Of a stretch of 64,000 bases of DNA, positions 1 to 8,418 are shown in pieces. Positions within the stretch are counted from its first letter, which is position 1, and each line of letters opens with the position of its first letter. Source of the stretch: a phage; sequence record OZ335964.1. One strand, given 5' to 3'. Both the position numbers and the translations under genes were made by a program. The notes beneath the pieces are model-generated. The model did not search any database. It was not told the origin of the DNA and saw only the letters and a program-made list of their open reading frames with translations.

Positions 1-530
1 CCCACATATTCTAGCATCATTTCTCGGATAATGTCAAGTGCTTTTTCATCACCTGATTTTAACTCGAACTCAAGTTCATAATGAGCAGTGTCGCCAATTC
101 CTTCGCCTACTTTGCCATAATAGAAAGTGTCTTTGCACATTTCCACTATACCACAATCCATATCTAGAGTCAATGACTTGCGATATGTCATTACTTGCAT
201 TATTGTAGTGATATAGTCGGAGTTTACCCCTAGACTATCAATAAAATGGACGAACTCATCCCAATTTGAAAATGTAATTTCCTCGCGGTTGAATAGTCCA
301 GATTCATTATCACCAATTTTGACCATGATCTCTGATTTTCTACAGTCAAGTCGTGCATAAATTCCTTTTTGACGTAGAGCATGATCTTCGGTATCATAAT
401 AAAATTCGTGTTTTAGAATGTTATCTCGGTCTAAGAGATTGTACCCGTCATACATTGCCACCCACAAATCACAGATGGTTTCGACGCCAATTTGTGAGTG
501 TGCATAGTATTTTAATTCAAGTTCTTTCAT
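1..530 (-). CDS. CYTH-like (triphosphate tunnel) protein, 5' part only; continues past window start
   Basis: ATG at 528-530 (minus) 10 nt after rnh stop; open frame to position 1 (at least 176 codons); N-terminal MKELELK (ExExK) and later GIGDTAHYELEFELK acidic strand resemble CYTH domains; absent from ORF track because truncated. Confidence 0.4.
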   Translation of the reverse strand, partial: MKELELKYYAHSQIGVETICDLWVAMYDGYNLLDRDNILKHEFYYDTEDHALRQKGIYARLDCRKSEIMVKIGDNESGLFNREEITFSNWDEFVHFIDSLGVNSDYITTIMQVMTYRKSLTLDMDCGIVEMCKDTFYYGKVGEGIGDTAHYELEFELKSGDEKALDIIREMMLEYV

Positions 531-540
531 GTGTCAACCC

Positions 541-1488
541 TTAGAACTCACCAATTTTCTGCAACATTTTAACTAACGCATTTGTTACAAAATAGTTATA
601 AATTTTACCGCGTGGTGCTGGTTTAGATTTTTCCCATGACTCCAGAATCTGGTTCTGAATATCATCTGGGATGTAATCAAAATCAATAAGTTCGCGGTTT
701 TCGTCAAAGCGTCGTGCTTCTTCCTCTGTCATCAAAGACTTTGGATCTTCGGCATCGAAAATTTGCTCTAACCATTTGGTCGCAACTGGTTTAGCTCGCT
801 CCCCTTCCAGTCGAGAGATAATAAAATCACTACGACATTTGACAGAAGCTACACCGTCTTTTGCGTCACCCTTAACACATTTTACCATAAGGTCTTTGTA
901 AGGACTACCATATTTGCATTTCTTCCATGCTTTCTGTACTGGCGCCCACTGTTTCACGTTTTTGTATTTGTGCAACTGTGTGTAGTCACCATCACCGGAG
1001 TTGATCAGCACCTGACGACCTTCTACAGAAAACTTTTTAGTTAACACAGCGATTATATCATCCGCTTCAACTTTGTCAACCTTAATAACGTGATAAGGCA
1101 TGTTCTCTTTAAACTCTTCTGTGATCTTATTGATCGCAGCAAAGATCATCTCCCAATCACGCGGGTCTGCGTCTCGCTTTTCCTTGCGGTTACGCTTGTA
1201 ATAAGGTGCGATATCACGTCGCCAGTAACCTTTGCTTGAATCAAAAGCAAGTACCGTAATCGGGTATTGCTCTTTGAATTTTGTCATATTATAACGCATG
1301 GTGTCAAGAATAAGATGACGGATCATGCCTTCACTAATAGGATCTTCCGGTTTAAAGGTATGCGAGATAGTAGCAATCATAAGCTGCGACATATCAATCA
1401 AATGCACACCTTCCGGCAGTTTATCTTCTGGATCATCGAAGAAATCATTAAGTGTAGCGGTAGTTTTTGTAAACGGGTTATACGTCAT
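541..1488 (-). CDS. rnh: RNase H / 5'-3' flap exonuclease
   Basis: 315-aa ORF with T4 RNase H-like blocks (GYWRRD, VDKVEADD, SGDGDYTQLHKY, PRGKIYNYF C-terminus); divergent from gene 34 as in T4. Confidence 0.85.
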   Translation of the reverse strand: MTYNPFTKTTATLNDFFDDPEDKLPEGVHLIDMSQLMIATISHTFKPEDPISEGMIRHLILDTMRYNMTKFKEQYPITVLAFDSSKGYWRRDIAPYYKRNRKEKRDADPRDWEMIFAAINKITEEFKENMPYHVIKVDKVEADDIIAVLTKKFSVEGRQVLINSGDGDYTQLHKYKNVKQWAPVQKAWKKCKYGSPYKDLMVKCVKGDAKDGVASVKCRSDFIISRLEGERAKPVATKWLEQIFDAEDPKSLMTEEEARRFDENRELIDFDYIPDDIQNQILESWEKSKPAPRGKIYNYFVTNALVKMLQKIGEF

Positions 1489-1490
1489 AA

Positions 1491-1676
1491 TTAAGTTCTC
1501 TCCACTCTCACAACAACAGACTCATCAAACGAGCTAGATACTTCACGATCATACCCGTATTTCTCCATAACTCGCAGAATTGCATTGTTTAATTCGGCAC
1601 GGAAATAATTGTAATCCTTATCTGGGATTCTGTCAACTATCCATTTTGCACCGTCTGACAAATCAACTTTAACCAT
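1491..1676 (-). CDS. hypothetical protein (61 aa)
   Basis: Track ORF immediately upstream of rnh on the same strand; no recognisable motif. Confidence 0.4.
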   Translation of the reverse strand: MVKVDLSDGAKWIVDRIPDKDYNYFRAELNNAILRVMEKYGYDREVSSSFDESVVVRVERT

Positions 1677-1712
1677 AATAACATCCTCTCTTTATTTGTC
1701 AAGCCTTCATTT

Positions 1713-1720
1713 TATAAATA
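1713..1720 (+). promoter_or_regulatory. T4-type late promoter (TATAAATA) for gene 34
   Basis: Exact TATAAATA 29 nt upstream of gene 34 ATG, followed by AGGAG SD. Confidence 0.6.
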
Positions 1721-1748
1721 ATCTCATACTATAACAGGAGATCATATA

Positions 1749-4700
1749 ATGGCAGATTTATTAAATCAACATTTTAAAGCCACATTTGGCTTTGATGCTG
1801 GTAACGAAAAAGTCGTTAATGTAGCACTTGCAGATAAGAACACTCTCACTGATGCCGTTAACGTCGAATTTTTCAATTACCATAACGGTATTACGCAGTA
1901 TGACACAACTCGCGGTTATGATCAATACGGTACTGCAATCTATCAAAACCGTCCTTACTATGCAAAAGAAGATATCGCAAAACCAGCCGGAGAATTTGAT
2001 CCGACTAAATGGCAAGCACTGCGTACTGATCCACGTTGGGATTACATTGCAGCGACGTCCGGCGATACTCCCTTAAAGTCCGGTGATTATATCGCGGCGG
2101 ATTGCCAATTTGCAAACTTGACTTTCTCTATGCCTAACAAACCAGCCGAGGGAGATACTATAACAGTAAAAGATATCGGTGGCAAGTGTGGCGTAAACGA
2201 ATTATCGTTCCTTAGTTCCGGTCATGAGTTCTATCATAACGGAAACGTGTATAATCGCAAGTGGTATTGCACTACCCCTTATTCTATGGTGTATTTCATC
2301 TTTGCTCGTAACCGTTGGCATGTCTATCAGACTGGAACGGAGCCGCGCGGGGTATATGCACAACCAGCGATCGATCCTATCCAGATGCAGAACGGCGATC
2401 AGATATTCCGTCGCAGTGCGTTAGGTGAAATCAGTCTCGTGTTGCCTAAATTCGCTAATAATGGTGATGTGGTTTATACCACGGATCTGGATGGTCTGAC
2501 AGCAACCAACCACGTTACGATCAAGACTCATGAAGGAGCGCCGGATCATTCAATTGGCGCGGCTGGCGTGAAAGAGATTGTTGGTAAACGTAGCGGTCAT
2601 GGTGCATTCATCTTTGATATTGCAGAAAACTTATGGCGTGTCTGGGATGGCGACCAGTCTGTTCGTTTAAATCCGATTGTATCGGATACCCGTTTATCTC
2701 CGAATAGCTATGTTGCTGTATTTGGTGACAAAGATGTTACTCTGACTCTTCCTAGCAATGTAGAAATTGGTGACCGTATTCAGGTATCTATGCAGTATAT
2801 GCACGGAAACCAGAATTGCAAAATCGTAACTGCTGACGCAGATACAAAAATTCTTATGCAAAAGAATATGTTACAATTCCCTAAACGCAGTGAATACCCA
2901 TTCAACGGCGTTAATACATGGGGCGAAGTAACAGAATTATCATTCAATGCAGAGAAAGATTATGTTCCTTATCTGGAGTTCTCTTATACAGAAGGTGATG
3001 ACGGTAAGAAACACTGGTTGATTGCACATGCTCACCCGATGGTTGAACGCGTCGATCCTAAGCGTAAAGCGCGTGTAGGTGTTATTGCACTGGCTACTCA
3101 GGAAGAAACCAATAAAAACCATGAAGATAATCCTAACGATGAAGTAGCAGTTACCCCAAAAATGCTGGCTAACAAAACCGCAACCGAAACACGACGCGGT
3201 ATTGCTCGCATTGCTACTCAGGCGGAAACTCATCAAAATACTGGTTCCAACTTCCTCGATGATGTTATTGTTACGCCTAAAAAGCTGAATAACTGCGTTG
3301 CTACCGAAGAACGACGCGGGGTACTGGAAATCGCTACCCAGAATGAAACTAACGAAGGCTTAGACGATACCCGCGCTATTACTCCTAAGAAATTAGAAGA
3401 ACGTCGCGCTAGCGAAACTCTGGCAGGGATCGCGGAAATTGTAACTAATGGCGGTAAAGCTGCAACCGTTCGCGGTCAAACTGGCACTGGCATTTATGAT
3501 ATTAATGACCATGCTAAGATTGTTACCCCGCATAACCTGAATGAAGTTAAAGCTACCGAAACGTCTCGCGGTGTGGGTTATCTGGCAACTGATGCAGAAG
3601 TGCAAGGAGCAACGGAAACAACGCCACAAGATGCATTATTCATCACTACCCGTACTTTAACTAAGCGCACAGCAACAGAAACACGCACCGGGATCGCGGA
3701 GATTGCAACTCAGGAAGAAACCAACTTAGGGCAAAGTGATAACCATATTGTTACGCCTAAAAAGCTGCATACTCGCCGTGCTACTGAAACACTTCACGGT
3801 TTGGCTGAAATTGCCACACAAGACGAGTTTGACGCAGGACGCGATGATGCTCGCATTTCTACCCCGTTGAAGATTAAAACTTTCTTTGAACGTGCACAAC
3901 GTCTGAAAGTAGATCCGACTCAAGGGCTTAATCTTGAGGGTAATTTGTGGGATGGTATCACGATTCGCGGTTTGGATGCAAATGAAACCACTAAAGGTGT
4001 TGCTAAAGTTGCTACCCAGCAATTAACCGATGAAGGTCAAGATGATACTACCATTATCACGCCGAAAAAGCTACATGCTAAAAAGGCAACAGAAGATAAA
4101 GAAGGTATTATTCGAGTTGCTACAGAAGAAGAGGCTAAAGGTGGTGATTTAGGTAATGTTGCAATCACTCCTAAAACCTTTAAACTGGTTGTTCAGGATG
4201 CAGAAGACTGGAAAGCTACCGAAGGACGACGCGGATTCCTGAAAGTATCAACCAAAGAAAACTGTTTCGTTGGTGACAATTTACAGGGTTCTACTCAAGC
4301 ACTTGAACAATACCAGCATGAAGGGATTGCCGTAACTCCACGCGGTTTAAACTATGCTCTTGATAATTTCTTACCGAAAATGGCAACCGCTCAGAATAGT
4401 TTGAAATTAGGCAACGTAGAGGCCGCTAAATGGGCGCGTAGAGACGTAGATCAGGTTATTGAGTCCAACTATACCTTTAATAAAAAAGTCACTGTAAAAG
4501 GCGAATTAGAGGGATTAAAATCTGGATCGTTTGAAACTCTTTATATAACCAAAAATTCAACAGAAGAGGCGAGTACAGGGAATCTTGTTTTAGGTCTTCG
4601 TGGACAGAATGGTCATACCGGAATTGCACTGCATGGAACAACCGGAGACGTTGAGAACTCATGGGCTATGCTGGTAGGTGGCACTGGAACGAATCAAATC

Positions 4701-5480
4701 ACCAGTCCAACGGCAATTGCTTTTGGTGGAATTAATGATGTTGGTTATATTGACCATTATGCTTTTGCAATTGAACGTAATGGTGATGTTGCAGCATATC
4801 AGGATTTTATCGCAGGTCGTAACCTGATGGCTAAATCAGGTGGTCTTTACATCGGTGATCATGAAAATGCGGCAATGACTTACGCTTCCGGTGTTCTTAA
4901 TATTGGACACGGTAAAGTAAACTTTAAGGCTGGTTATCAGGAATTGACCACAGAGATCGCAGGACAGAAATATCAAATTGTTCATGCAGGAAACGCTGAC
5001 GAAGTTCTTAACCGTCAATTTGTTAAGAATGCTGGTGATACGATGACCGGAAAGCTGATTATGGACAATGCCGCAATTGTTTCTGTTAAACATGAAGCAA
5101 CGGCAGCAACCGCACCAGCCATCGGTAATATCGGCTTCTGGAATATGCGCGTGGCAACACAGAATATTGCAGACACCTACCCAGAAAAGAAAAATGGTAC
5201 ATTGATGCAATGGGGTACTGATGAAAACGGCCTTACCCAAATCTGGTCGCCTGATGGTACTCATAAGCATTATATCCGTTCCGGTACAGATGGTCAATGG
5301 ACCGCATGGGGCGAAATTTACACCAAACAGAACAAGCCTACTGCTCAGGAAATCGGGGCAGTGGTTGCCGAAGGTGGTTTGATGAACTCTATGACGGTGC
5401 GTGACTGGATCAAGGTTGGTAATGTTAAAATCATCGCCAATAATCTGACTCGTACCGTAGATTTTATCTGGGAAGACTAA
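1749..5480 (+). CDS. 34: long tail fibre proximal subunit gp34
   Basis: 1243 aa; N-terminal block and repeated GIAxIATQxETN...TPKKL motifs typical of T4 gp34; late promoter and SD upstream. Confidence 0.85.
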   Translation: MADLLNQHFKATFGFDAGNEKVVNVALADKNTLTDAVNVEFFNYHNGITQYDTTRGYDQYGTAIYQNRPYYAKEDIAKPAGEFDPTKWQALRTDPRWDYIAATSGDTPLKSGDYIAADCQFANLTFSMPNKPAEGDTITVKDIGGKCGVNELSFLSSGHEFYHNGNVYNRKWYCTTPYSMVYFIFARNRWHVYQTGTEPRGVYAQPAIDPIQMQNGDQIFRRSALGEISLVLPKFANNGDVVYTTDLDGLTATNHVTIKTHEGAPDHSIGAAGVKEIVGKRSGHGAFIFDIAENLWRVWDGDQSVRLNPIVSDTRLSPNSYVAVFGDKDVTLTLPSNVEIGDRIQVSMQYMHGNQNCKIVTADADTKILMQKNMLQFPKRSEYPFNGVNTWGEVTELSFNAEKDYVPYLEFSYTEGDDGKKHWLIAHAHPMVERVDPKRKARVGVIALATQEETNKNHEDNPNDEVAVTPKMLANKTATETRRGIARIATQAETHQNTGSNFLDDVIVTPKKLNNCVATEERRGVLEIATQNETNEGLDDTRAITPKKLEERRASETLAGIAEIVTNGGKAATVRGQTGTGIYDINDHAKIVTPHNLNEVKATETSRGVGYLATDAEVQGATETTPQDALFITTRTLTKRTATETRTGIAEIATQEETNLGQSDNHIVTPKKLHTRRATETLHGLAEIATQDEFDAGRDDARISTPLKIKTFFERAQRLKVDPTQGLNLEGNLWDGITIRGLDANETTKGVAKVATQQLTDEGQDDTTIITPKKLHAKKATEDKEGIIRVATEEEAKGGDLGNVAITPKTFKLVVQDAEDWKATEGRRGFLKVSTKENCFVGDNLQGSTQALEQYQHEGIAVTPRGLNYALDNFLPKMATAQNSLKLGNVEAAKWARRDVDQVIESNYTFNKKVTVKGELEGLKSGSFETLYITKNSTEEASTGNLVLGLRGQNGHTGIALHGTTGDVENSWAMLVGGTGTNQITSPTAIAFGGINDVGYIDHYAFAIERNGDVAAYQDFIAGRNLMAKSGGLYIGDHENAAMTYASGVLNIGHGKVNFKAGYQELTTEIAGQKYQIVHAGNADEVLNRQFVKNAGDTMTGKLIMDNAAIVSVKHEATAATAPAIGNIGFWNMRVATQNIADTYPEKKNGTLMQWGTDENGLTQIWSPDGTHKHYIRSGTDGQWTAWGEIYTKQNKPTAQEIGAVVAEGGLMNSMTVRDWIKVGNVKIIANNLTRTVDFIWED

Positions 5481-5486
5481 TTAAAA

Positions 5487-5502
5487 GGGGGCGAAAGCCC
5501 CC
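5487..5502 (+). terminator. GC stem-loop between genes 34 and 35 (possible attenuator)
   Basis: GGGGGCGAAAGCCCCC hairpin; downstream tract only weakly U-rich, gene 35 starts 14 nt later. Confidence 0.35.
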
Positions 5503-5515
5503 CTATGGGGTTATT

Positions 5516-6655
5516 ATGACACAAGAGATAGAATTACGCAATACTGGAATTAAGTTTGCGCATTTCGACGAAGACTCCGCGACATTTACAAGCATTTCAG
5601 AAAACAACTCTGTGATGTATAAGCTGGAAGTGCGCGGATCTAATGCGGATTCTTCCAAACCAGCAAGGATTAGATTTAATGGAGTGGAGATCGTCGGGAC
5701 TGGCTATGAGACTGGCCTAAACTTTAAAGTTCTTACTCCAACTGGACAATTGCACGAAGAAAAGGTATTCTATGGTCGTGGTGCTGTATTGGCAATGCGT
5801 GATTATCTTTCTTTACTGAAAGGGGATTATATTATCGCAATGGCATCACATGGAGAACTATTTGCAGATGTTGTAAGTGATGGCATATTTGCTAAGTTAG
5901 GATCTGTATCATTCCCAAATCACATTTTGTTACAGCAAATGCCTCGTGTGTCCTATGCTGCAATTTATTCTACTAAAATGGGTAAAATTGTGTGCGAAGG
6001 GATGCAAGCAACGCACGGAGAAGGTCAAGATTCGTCTATACAAATTGAGAAAGTTTATGATACTATAGACGATCTTGCAATTACAGGAACACCACAACGA
6101 TTTTTAGATTATCCGGTCGAGTATGTTAGCGAAGATGCCGAACATTTCGAGCTAATACAATGGCCTCATGATGAGATCAGCGCACCACTTGAAGATTTTA
6201 ACATCAAGACAGGTGACAAACTATCAATATCTTTTGAATTGTTCCGTGATAGTGCCGCAGCCGCAGCCAACGTAACAGCGCGATTCTTCCATAACTATTT
6301 TATGGAGGGTCAATATAAAACTGGCGTTCGTTATAATGCCAGCCAGAAAGATCAATGGGAAAAGTTCGAAGCTGTTTATACTGTACCGGAAGGTGTCGAT
6401 AGTGTAGTAACTGGTTGTATCAGATATCCAACCAACTCCAATGAAGGTGTTGTTAAGGTTAGAAACATCCTGATCACTCCTATAAGTGGTGTCGTCAAAA
6501 CTACCGGACCTACTTCCTTTGGTGTTAACGGTATTAGAACAACTCACATTCAGGATAACGGTGATTTTACTAACCCTGTTATGAGTCTTCTTAAACTACC
6601 TAGAGACAATAAACATATCACATCCAACAACTTTAAAGAGTTCGATGTTGATTAA
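5516..6655 (+). CDS. 35: long tail fibre hinge protein gp35 (by synteny and size)
   Basis: 379 aa ORF between 34 and 36; size close to T4 gp35; no motif-level confirmation. Confidence 0.55.
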   Translation: MTQEIELRNTGIKFAHFDEDSATFTSISENNSVMYKLEVRGSNADSSKPARIRFNGVEIVGTGYETGLNFKVLTPTGQLHEEKVFYGRGAVLAMRDYLSLLKGDYIIAMASHGELFADVVSDGIFAKLGSVSFPNHILLQQMPRVSYAAIYSTKMGKIVCEGMQATHGEGQDSSIQIEKVYDTIDDLAITGTPQRFLDYPVEYVSEDAEHFELIQWPHDEISAPLEDFNIKTGDKLSISFELFRDSAAAAANVTARFFHNYFMEGQYKTGVRYNASQKDQWEKFEAVYTVPEGVDSVVTGCIRYPTNSNEGVVKVRNILITPISGVVKTTGPTSFGVNGIRTTHIQDNGDFTNPVMSLLKLPRDNKHITSNNFKEFDVD

Positions 6656-6665
6656 CATTTTTAAC

Positions 6666-6697
6666 AAGCCGATCCTCGTGGTCGGCTTTATTTTTAT
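6666..6697 (+). terminator. rho-independent terminator after gene 35
   Basis: AAGCCGATC..GGTCGGCTT hairpin followed by TTATTTTTATA. Confidence 0.6.
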
Positions 6698-6816
6698 ACA
6701 GTTGGTTAAAACATAACCAAAACGAAGAAAGATCTTTAGAATAATAGAAAATTTGTTTCGGCTAAAAAATAGTCAGTGCCTACGGCACGTCGCGAAGCGA
6801 TATTTTGTTAACATTC

Positions 6817-6824
6817 TATAAATA
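6817..6824 (+). promoter_or_regulatory. T4-type late promoter (TATAAATA) for genes 36-37
   Basis: Exact TATAAATA 34 nt upstream of gene 36 ATG. Confidence 0.55.
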
Positions 6825-6857
6825 CTCGGAACTATAACTAATTTTTGAGGTTACTTT

Positions 6858-8348
6858 ATGGCAGATTTGAAACATGGATCTACTGTAGGTGGATCTCCCA
6901 TTTGGACGCAAGGAAACTTGACGATCCAGCCAGCGGGTGATCAGCTTTTCTACAAAGGTCATAAAATCTATACCGCTTTTGATAAACCTTCGGCTGCCGA
7001 TTTTGATGCTGTTAGTGCATCCGAAGGTGGTACATTTCAGAAACTGGTCCATTTTGAGGAAGGTTTAAGCGTAGGTAGCGCATCGGCGGGTGAAACCAAA
7101 AAGAATGGTATCTTTAAAGGCCAGAGTGATGCTGCTAATTTTGACGGTGTAAGCTGGGGTTTGCATTCATGGAAGTCAATCGGCTTTGTTAATGCCCGTG
7201 ATGGCGTTATCATGGCGTATATTGACACCACAACGGGCGAATTTAAGTCTAAAGGGACTATCGAAGGGACAACCATTAAAGACACAGGTCAACGCGTCTA
7301 TAGCCCTGTTAATAAACCAACGAATAATGATTTAGATTTGGTGTCTCGTCGCGGTGATACCCTCACAGGAACATATAATTTAAACACTGTCACTGTTAAA
7401 CTATCGGTTGATTCGAAATTAATTGCAAGGGAACGTGATTTAATTAATTTTGATGCGACTAAGATCTATTATGGTAACGTTCTTGATACGTTGGTCTTCC
7501 GAAGTAAAGATGAGCCTACCATTTTTGTTAATGGCAAAGAAGGTCGTTTTTATCACACCAACAATAAACCAACTAAAGCCGATGTTGGACTAGGCAATGT
7601 CACCAATGATGCACAGGTTAAACGTGCTGGTGATATTATGGAAGGCAACTTGCAAGCGCCTAGAATGCTGGCGACAAACGATCCTGCTGGTCCTAATGAA
7701 TTGGTTCGTTTGAGCTACTTTGAGAAAAAATCAATGGTAGCAAATCCAACCATCATTGGAAACGTTGATTGGAACACTCTTATTAATCGCGGTATCTATC
7801 GTGTGGAAAATGCTGGATCAGGTACTAATAAACCGTCTGATAGCTATTATAACGGCGTTTTGATGGTATATCGCCCAGAAGATGCGGTCGGTACTCGTCG
7901 AATTGTTCAGGTGTATTATCCTGAATCTATTGACCATCCGATGTGCTGGCGTTCTTGTTCTAATGAATCGTGGACTGCATGGAACTATGTAGATCACCGT
8001 AAATTAGCCGATATTCGCTATGTTAACGTAACTGGCGATACCATGACAGGACCGTTAACTGTTCCGGCTGCAAATGGAGTTAGAACGGCTAAAACTAACT
8101 ATAATGGGGATAATTGCTATGCGGCTTTAAGTGGTGCTGATGGCACTGCTATGATTCACCGTATTAGTGATATTAAAGGGACCGAAAAGCTGGGGATCAC
8201 CCACGACTCAAAGGTCGTGTTTTTCCGTTCTAGAAACAATACTCAAACCGTAGACCGCTATCAGCTTTATCATGAAGGTAATAAACCAACTCCGGCTGAT
8301 GTTGGCGCAGTTCCACTTAATGCGGTGATTGATTTTGGTACTTTCTAA
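6858..8348 (+). CDS. 36: long tail fibre distal hinge subunit gp36
   Basis: 496 aa; N-terminal MADLKHGSTVGGSPIWTQGN block shared by T-even gp36/gp37 N-termini; larger than T4 gp36. Confidence 0.7.
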   Translation: MADLKHGSTVGGSPIWTQGNLTIQPAGDQLFYKGHKIYTAFDKPSAADFDAVSASEGGTFQKLVHFEEGLSVGSASAGETKKNGIFKGQSDAANFDGVSWGLHSWKSIGFVNARDGVIMAYIDTTTGEFKSKGTIEGTTIKDTGQRVYSPVNKPTNNDLDLVSRRGDTLTGTYNLNTVTVKLSVDSKLIARERDLINFDATKIYYGNVLDTLVFRSKDEPTIFVNGKEGRFYHTNNKPTKADVGLGNVTNDAQVKRAGDIMEGNLQAPRMLATNDPAGPNELVRLSYFEKKSMVANPTIIGNVDWNTLINRGIYRVENAGSGTNKPSDSYYNGVLMVYRPEDAVGTRRIVQVYYPESIDHPMCWRSCSNESWTAWNYVDHRKLADIRYVNVTGDTMTGPLTVPAANGVRTAKTNYNGDNCYAALSGADGTAMIHRISDIKGTEKLGITHDSKVVFFRSRNNTQTVDRYQLYHEGNKPTPADVGAVPLNAVIDFGTF

Positions 8349-8352
8349 TTTT

Positions 8353-8380
8353 AGCGGGGATTATCTCCCCGCTTTTCTAA
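8353..8380 (+). terminator. stem-loop / partial terminator after gene 36
   Basis: AGCGGGGATTATCTCCCCGCT hairpin followed by TTTTCT. Confidence 0.5.
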
Positions 8381-8418
8381 ATAATATTATTCTAATAACC
8401 GTTTAAGGATTTTATAAA

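Noticed and set aside
353-544. 63-aa plus-strand ORF at the window start
   Set aside because: Lies antisense within the minus-strand CYTH-like gene and rnh 3' end; no SD; judged a shadow ORF.
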